Shown here piece after piece: positions 6,251-10,907 of a stretch of DNA of 10,907 nucleotides. This stretch comes from an uncultured bacterium. GTDB taxonomy: Bacteria; Hydrogenedentota; Hydrogenedentia; Hydrogenedentales; JAEUWI01. The notes below the pieces were generated by a model. That model had not been told where the DNA came from and ran no database searches. It saw nothing but the letters and a program-made list of their open reading frames with translations. The position numbers were made by a program, and so were the translations under genes. Position 1 is the stretch's first letter. Each line of letters starts with the position of its first letter. The DNA is taken from positions 1-10,907 of the forward strand of contig CAXBPH010000239.1 of assembly GCA_963977445.1 (NCBI GenBank), given 5' to 3'.

Positions 6251-7491
6251 ATCGAGTTTTTAGAACGCAGGAAATCACTCCAGTACCAGTAGAAAAACAG
6301 GCCCAGGAGAAGGAAACCTGCCATGGAAATGCCCTGAACATGGATCAAGTTTCCCAGCGGCTCCATTCCCTCGCCCAAACGGACGACAATCGATGCGATG
6401 CGACCGGACTGATCGCCGAGAAAAATCAACGCAAAGGCCAATACACGACGTTCCCATCGCGGGATGACCCACAGTGTCATCGTCACAAATACCTGGCCCA
6501 CCAAGTCATAGATATGAATCGGCATCAACGTCATCGCCATAACCCACACCAACTGCTGGTGACGTAGCGTACGGGACAGATCGTCGGACGTCTGTCGTGC
6601 CCGCCATCCAATCCAACACGTCGCAAGTATCCCCACGACGACGCCGAGAATCATGACGTGCTTACCCAAGGGCGTATTACCCAACAAGGCTGGTGCGCCA
6701 CAATAATTCTGCCACTGGTTAAATTCCTGATGTTGGAGATGCCCTTCCAGAGATTCCTGATAATATCCAAAAAGATTCGAAATCGGTACAAGGGTGAGCA
6801 TTACGATGGAAAATACCGCACTCAAGAAGACCCCCGCCGCGAACCATCGGAAGCCTCCCGCACACAAGATATACCCCAGCGGAAGCAGACTGATTTGGGG
6901 CTTGATGCTGGCGAGCAGGAATCCCACTAAAAACCAGCCGAGTAAACGTTTTTGCCATCCGTACCACGCTAACAGACAACCGAATACGACAATCGAAGCA
7001 CACTGCCCTTGCACAAGCACCTGCACCACGGGACGCAGCGAGCCGCACAAAACAATGTACCAACCAAGTGTGACGAAGGAATTCTCTTCTCGACTGCGGG
7101 GAGCCATCAAGAGCCAGGTCAACCCCGCAACACCGAGTATAGCGAGCATGCCCACGGCGCGATATACCCAGGGAGCAAGGGACCAAGGCATGAGGGCAAG
7201 AGGCACACTGATGATTGCCATGGTGGGGGGATAAACAAATGTAGCCTGGTCACGCAGTTTTACTTCAAACAGGGCATCCCAGGTCTGGGCGAACAGGGCC
7301 TTATCGTAGGGAGAATCTCCATTCAGCCAACAGGTTCCTGCCGTGTACCAACTCCTCGTGTCGTAGTCCCACGGGTGAACCCCAACACCCTTAATGGAAC
7401 TTGCATTCACCAGATACGCTGCTGATAAAAGCAGAAAAAACATCAATAAAATCGAATTTTTTGCAAGCTTCGACCCGTATTCCCCGAACAT
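6223..7491 (-). CDS. GT87 / DUF2029-type polytopic membrane glycosyltransferase (GT-C fold)
   Basis: 422-aa hydrophobic ORF. TM1 is followed by an acidic WDYD, then G.SPY, FVYPP, QGQ and IKPQ, in the order seen in PimE/AftC-like DUF2029 proteins. GGGAG lies 9 nt before the ATG, with an in-frame stop immediately upstream. Confidence 0.85.
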   Translation of the reverse strand: MFGEYGSKLAKNSILLMFFLLLSAAYLVNASSIKGVGVHPWDYDTRSWYTAGTCWLNGDSPYDKALFAQTWDALFEVKLRDQATFVYPPTMAIISVPLALMPWSLAPWVYRAVGMLAILGVAGLTWLLMAPRSREENSFVTLGWYIVLCGSLRPVVQVLVQGQCASIVVFGCLLAWYGWQKRLLGWFLVGFLLASIKPQISLLPLGYILCAGGFRWFAAGVFLSAVFSIVMLTLVPISNLFGYYQESLEGHLQHQEFNQWQNYCGAPALLGNTPLGKHVMILGVVVGILATCWIGWRARQTSDDLSRTLRHQQLVWVMAMTLMPIHIYDLVGQVFVTMTLWVIPRWERRVLAFALIFLGDQSGRIASIVVRLGEGMEPLGNLIHVQGISMAGFLLLGLFFYWYWSDFLRSKNSIYVSRPTSG

Positions 7492-7626
7492 TCAAACCAT
7501 CTCCCACGTCATACGTCAAGCATGTAGCTCCCAACAGAAGCGCATCGATAAGGGCTCTCCAACACTCCTCCTGTAGACTAACATACTTCTTATGTGAGAT
7601 GTCTAGATATTAGTAAACTTCGTACG

Positions 7627-10600
7627 TCAGGAATTATCCAACCCATCGATCACACGTTGAATGGCCTGGCCCAAATCCCTGGCATAGGGTTTCCTGATAA
7701 TAACCATGTGATTGCCGGGCACAACGACGACTTCTACCCCCTTCTTCGCGAAACGATCCCAACCCATTGTCGGATTTTTCTTTTCTGTATGGGCGGGATT
7801 GTGGGCAGCACGGAACAGCGTAACTCTCGCATCGATTGGTTTGAGTACGTACTCCGCCATCGCCTGGCTACTCGACACCATACTCTTCGTACTGTCTTGA
7901 ACCAGTTGATCATTCAGCATTTCGAGACGCCGCTCCGCAATGGTCGGCTTGACCAGACCTGCCTGGACCAGAAAATACTGGACCGATGTATCGAGTTGCA
8001 TCCATCGAATATAGTCCGACAAACGTAGCGCCTGCTCCCGCTGGCTACTACGACCGAGCACGCGTCGAACAAGGAGCCGCACGATGTCCCGGGCGTAACC
8101 TGCCAGATACTTCCACATGTAGGTAGTCATGACAAGCCGAATTCTTACTCGATTCAGTTGATGCCCTATAGACTGAAACGTATAGCCTCCTGCCAGTTCA
8201 TACTGCTCTGGAATTCCACTGTCGAGCATAGCAATTAGCGGTACGTCTTCGCCGGCTTCCCGCAATTGTCGGGCAATTTCATAGGCCACGATGCCGCCAA
8301 AAGAATAGCCGCCCAGATAATAGGGACCATTCGGGCGAACTTTGACGATTTCCTGAATGCAGGAGCGTGCCAACATCTCCACCGTGGCCGATTCTTCGGA
8401 ATTCTCCAGCCCTTCAAATTCAAGATCGGCAAAACCGAAGAATGGTTGCTCCGTTGAAAGTGCGTTGGCAAGGGTTTCGTAGGACCCCCCCACATCGCCC
8501 GCCCCTTTCACGCAAAAAAACGGTATACGGGTTCCTGGCTTAATCTCTTCTAATCCCGAATGGGCCTTTCGTTCGCCATGCCCAAGCCCTCCCCGTCTCG
8601 CGACACGTGTCGCAACACCAGCGATGGTAGGATCTTCAAAAAAGTCCGCAAGACTCAAAGATGCATCGAAAGCCTCGTTCACCAAGGTAATCAGTTGGAT
8701 TGCCAACAGGGAATGACCACCAAGATCAAAGAAGTTGTTCTCAATCGTAACTTCGTCCAGCTGAAGGAGGCTCCGCCAATAGCCTGCGATTTTCTCTTCC
8801 ATCTCATTTCGCGGTGCCGTGCCGATCGTTTCCGCTTGTAATGCGGGCGGTTCGGGAAGTGCCGCCCGGTCCAATTTACCTTGGACCGTACGTGGAAATT
8901 CGTCTAGTTCCAGTATTTGTGACGGTCGCATATGGACCGGCAGTTCACCGGCAAGATAGGTCAAGAGGGTTGGAATATCGAGTCCACCAGGTGCTGAGGG
9001 CACTACGTAGGCCACCAGCCTGCCATCCGAATCGTTTGTAGCGTTGAGGACTACGACGGCATCGGAAACCGTGGGGTGCACTCGGAGTACACTTTCGATC
9101 TCTCCCGGCTCGATCCGCAGGCCGCGTAATTTCATGTAGCGACCCATACGTCGAACGTATTGCAATTCACCGTCCAGACGTTTATAAACCAGGTCTCCCG
9201 TGCGGTAAATACGAGACGTACCATCGTCTGTAAAGGGATTGGGAATAAACTGCTGGTCGGTCAGTTCGGTGTCACTAAAGTATCCACGCGCAAGGCCAAG
9301 CCCACCAATGCAAAGCTCACCGGGCACGCCATCGGGCACCAATCGCTGTTGCCCATCGAGTATATAGACTTGCGTATTCTCTATAGGCCGGCCAATAGGC
9401 GCGTTTCCGACCCGTGGCGGATCGCTCGCCACGACGGGATACAAGGTGGCATACACGGTCGCCTCGGTGGGGCCATAGGCATTGACAAATACCAGACCCG
9501 GCGTCGCTGCGACGATTTCCGCCAACAAGGATTCTCGCAAGGGTTCCACGCCAACCATTAGACGACGCAAGGGCACCGGGTTTTTCTGCTGATAATCCCG
9601 GAGTGCAGGCATCATGTAGCCTGGAAGATAACCGGCGACGATCCCACGCTCCCCCATCCAGTGGAGGCAGGTCTGCGGAGTGAGTCGAAGGTCCTCCGGC
9701 ACCACGTTCATCGTCCCGCCGGCAAGCAGTCCCGTCCACGTCTCGTACACGGAGGCATCAAAGCTGAAGGCAGCCCAAATACTGCAGGGATCGCCTGGGC
9801 CGACAGGCTGCCGCCGTTGCAGATCAGTGAAGAGATTAATCACCCCAAGGTGATTGCAACACACCCCTTTAGGTTCACCGGTGGAGCCCGAGGTAAAAAT
9901 GATATAGGCCAGATCGTCACCTGCCAAACTCACATTGGGGGAAACACTCGGCTGCTCGGAGAAGCGCGACTCATCATCGAGAACAATGACTTCTGCACCG
10001 TAATCATCGACTATTTCAGACCCACTTTTCTCCGTAAGAATCAAACGTGACTTCAGTGTACTAAGTACACGACGACGCCGCGCGGGTGGGTCCTGCAAAT
10101 CCAGAGGCACATAGGCGGCACCCGCCTTCAGGGTCCCAAGCATTGCCACGACCGTGTGAACCGTCCGCGACAAGTAGAAGGGCACCCCTTCTCCCCGCGT
10201 TACACCTTTCGACAGCAGCAGGTGAGCAAGTTGATTGGCACGGGCATCCAATTCCTGATAGCTAATCGATGTCGAACTATCGGAGACAGCGACACACTCG
10301 GGATGTCGCAGCACGTGCCCCTCTACGATGCTAACAAGCGATTGGGACCTGTCAAGGGGCACCACCGGACCGGCCGCCTCCGTGAGCAGGGCCGAGCGCG
10401 CGGCGCCATCGAGAAGCTCAAGGGTTTCCACCCGCCCCTCGGGGGCATCACCTACCGAAGACAGCAGCGTCGTATAATTCTTAAGAATCCGTTGTGCCGT
10501 CACCTCAGAGAAGAGGGACGTATTGTATTCAAGACTCAGTTTAAAACGACCATTCAACGTCTGCACCGAGAGGGTCAGGTCAAACTTCGCACCGCCGTTA

Positions 10601-10907
10601 CCCATCTCCTCTCCGGTGATGGTAACGTCATTGAAGCTTACGGCGATGGGCGGCGTGTTGCGCAGAACAAAGGCGACCTGAAACAGCGGAGAGCGACTGG
10701 GATCCCGACGCTGCTGCAATGCCGCCACGACGCGTTCAAAGGGTACATCCTGGTTTTCCTGGGCACCGATGGACACTGACTCCACGGCTTCCAATAGCTC
10801 CGCGAACGTCATTTCGGGCGACACCGTGCTCCGCAGCACAACCGTATTCACGAAAAATCCAATCAGTTTTTCCAAATCGCCGTGGTTGCGGCCGGCTACC
10901 ACCGTGC
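7627..10907 (-). CDS. Non-ribosomal peptide synthetase, terminal module: partial C - A - T(PCP) - TE; 5'-truncated by the window edge
   Basis: C-domain tail: TVVAGR, IGFFVNTVVLR, QDVPFERVV, SRSPLFQV, AKFDL. A domain: SYQELD, LKAGAAYVPLD, YIIFTSGSTGEPKG, SFDAS, NAYGPTE, GELCIGGLGLARGY, YRTGD, GKLDR. PCP: FFDLGGHSL (Ser at 8710-8712). TE: GYSFGG, LDS, PGNH. The frame stays open to the window end. Confidence 0.97.
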   Translation of the reverse strand, partial: TVVAGRNHGDLEKLIGFFVNTVVLRSTVSPEMTFAELLEAVESVSIGAQENQDVPFERVVAALQQRRDPSRSPLFQVAFVLRNTPPIAVSFNDVTITGEEMGNGGAKFDLTLSVQTLNGRFKLSLEYNTSLFSEVTAQRILKNYTTLLSSVGDAPEGRVETLELLDGAARSALLTEAAGPVVPLDRSQSLVSIVEGHVLRHPECVAVSDSSTSISYQELDARANQLAHLLLSKGVTRGEGVPFYLSRTVHTVVAMLGTLKAGAAYVPLDLQDPPARRRRVLSTLKSRLILTEKSGSEIVDDYGAEVIVLDDESRFSEQPSVSPNVSLAGDDLAYIIFTSGSTGEPKGVCCNHLGVINLFTDLQRRQPVGPGDPCSIWAAFSFDASVYETWTGLLAGGTMNVVPEDLRLTPQTCLHWMGERGIVAGYLPGYMMPALRDYQQKNPVPLRRLMVGVEPLRESLLAEIVAATPGLVFVNAYGPTEATVYATLYPVVASDPPRVGNAPIGRPIENTQVYILDGQQRLVPDGVPGELCIGGLGLARGYFSDTELTDQQFIPNPFTDDGTSRIYRTGDLVYKRLDGELQYVRRMGRYMKLRGLRIEPGEIESVLRVHPTVSDAVVVLNATNDSDGRLVAYVVPSAPGGLDIPTLLTYLAGELPVHMRPSQILELDEFPRTVQGKLDRAALPEPPALQAETIGTAPRNEMEEKIAGYWRSLLQLDEVTIENNFFDLGGHSLLAIQLITLVNEAFDASLSLADFFEDPTIAGVATRVARRGGLGHGERKAHSGLEEIKPGTRIPFFCVKGAGDVGGSYETLANALSTEQPFFGFADLEFEGLENSEESATVEMLARSCIQEIVKVRPNGPYYLGGYSFGGIVAYEIARQLREAGEDVPLIAMLDSGIPEQYELAGGYTFQSIGHQLNRVRIRLVMTTYMWKYLAGYARDIVRLLVRRVLGRSSQREQALRLSDYIRWMQLDTSVQYFLVQAGLVKPTIAERRLEMLNDQLVQDSTKSMVSSSQAMAEYVLKPIDARVTLFRAAHNPAHTEKKNPTMGWDRFAKKGVEVVVVPGNHMVIIRKPYARDLGQAIQRVIDGLDNS

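Noticed and set aside
7509..7572. Strong AGGAGGAG on the - strand followed by a short GTG/TTG-initiated ORF of under 20 codons upstream of the GT87 gene
   Set aside because: The spacing to the start codon is poor and the peptide is featureless, so it cannot be supported without ribosome profiling or conservation data.
7594..10779. Series of + strand ORFs (e.g. 7594-8028, 9160-9561, 9661-10050, 10156-10779)
   Set aside because: These are antisense shadows of the NRPS reading frame with no independent coding evidence.
1..10907. CRISPR arrays, tRNA/rRNA genes, IS elements, integrases and anti-phage defence genes
   Set aside because: I saw no periodic repeats, RNA-gene signatures, transposase or recombinase motifs, or nuclease/defence domains. 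Intergenic gaps are all under about 170 nt.

Overview
A gene-dense bacterial window of moderately high GC with ten supportable CDSs and no RNA gene, CRISPR array or mobile element that I can see. From left to right: the 3' part of a GT9 (heptosyltransferase-like) glycosyltransferase; a + strand run of an APC amino-acid permease, a 64-aa membrane-anchored zinc-ribbon protein, a YbjQ/UPF0145 protein and a Cys/His-rich membrane protein; and a strong hairpin terminator. Next come a - strand Mrp/ApbC Fe-S carrier ATPase with the three-domain DUF59-ATPase-DUF971 layout of plastid HCF101, a coiled-coil zinc-ribbon hypothetical protein, and a divergent uracil-DNA glycosylase family gene. The right end holds, on the - strand, the last module (C-A-T-TE) of an NRPS followed by a GT87/DUF2029-type membrane glycosyltransferase. 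The best leads are the bacterial HCF101-like protein carrying cysteine motifs that I recall being absent from the plant protein, the uncharacterised zinc-ribbon/YbjQ/Cys-rich membrane cassette facing it, and an NRPS with non-canonical adenylation motifs next to a GT-C glycosyltransferase. All family assignments come from recognising motifs by eye; no searches were run.
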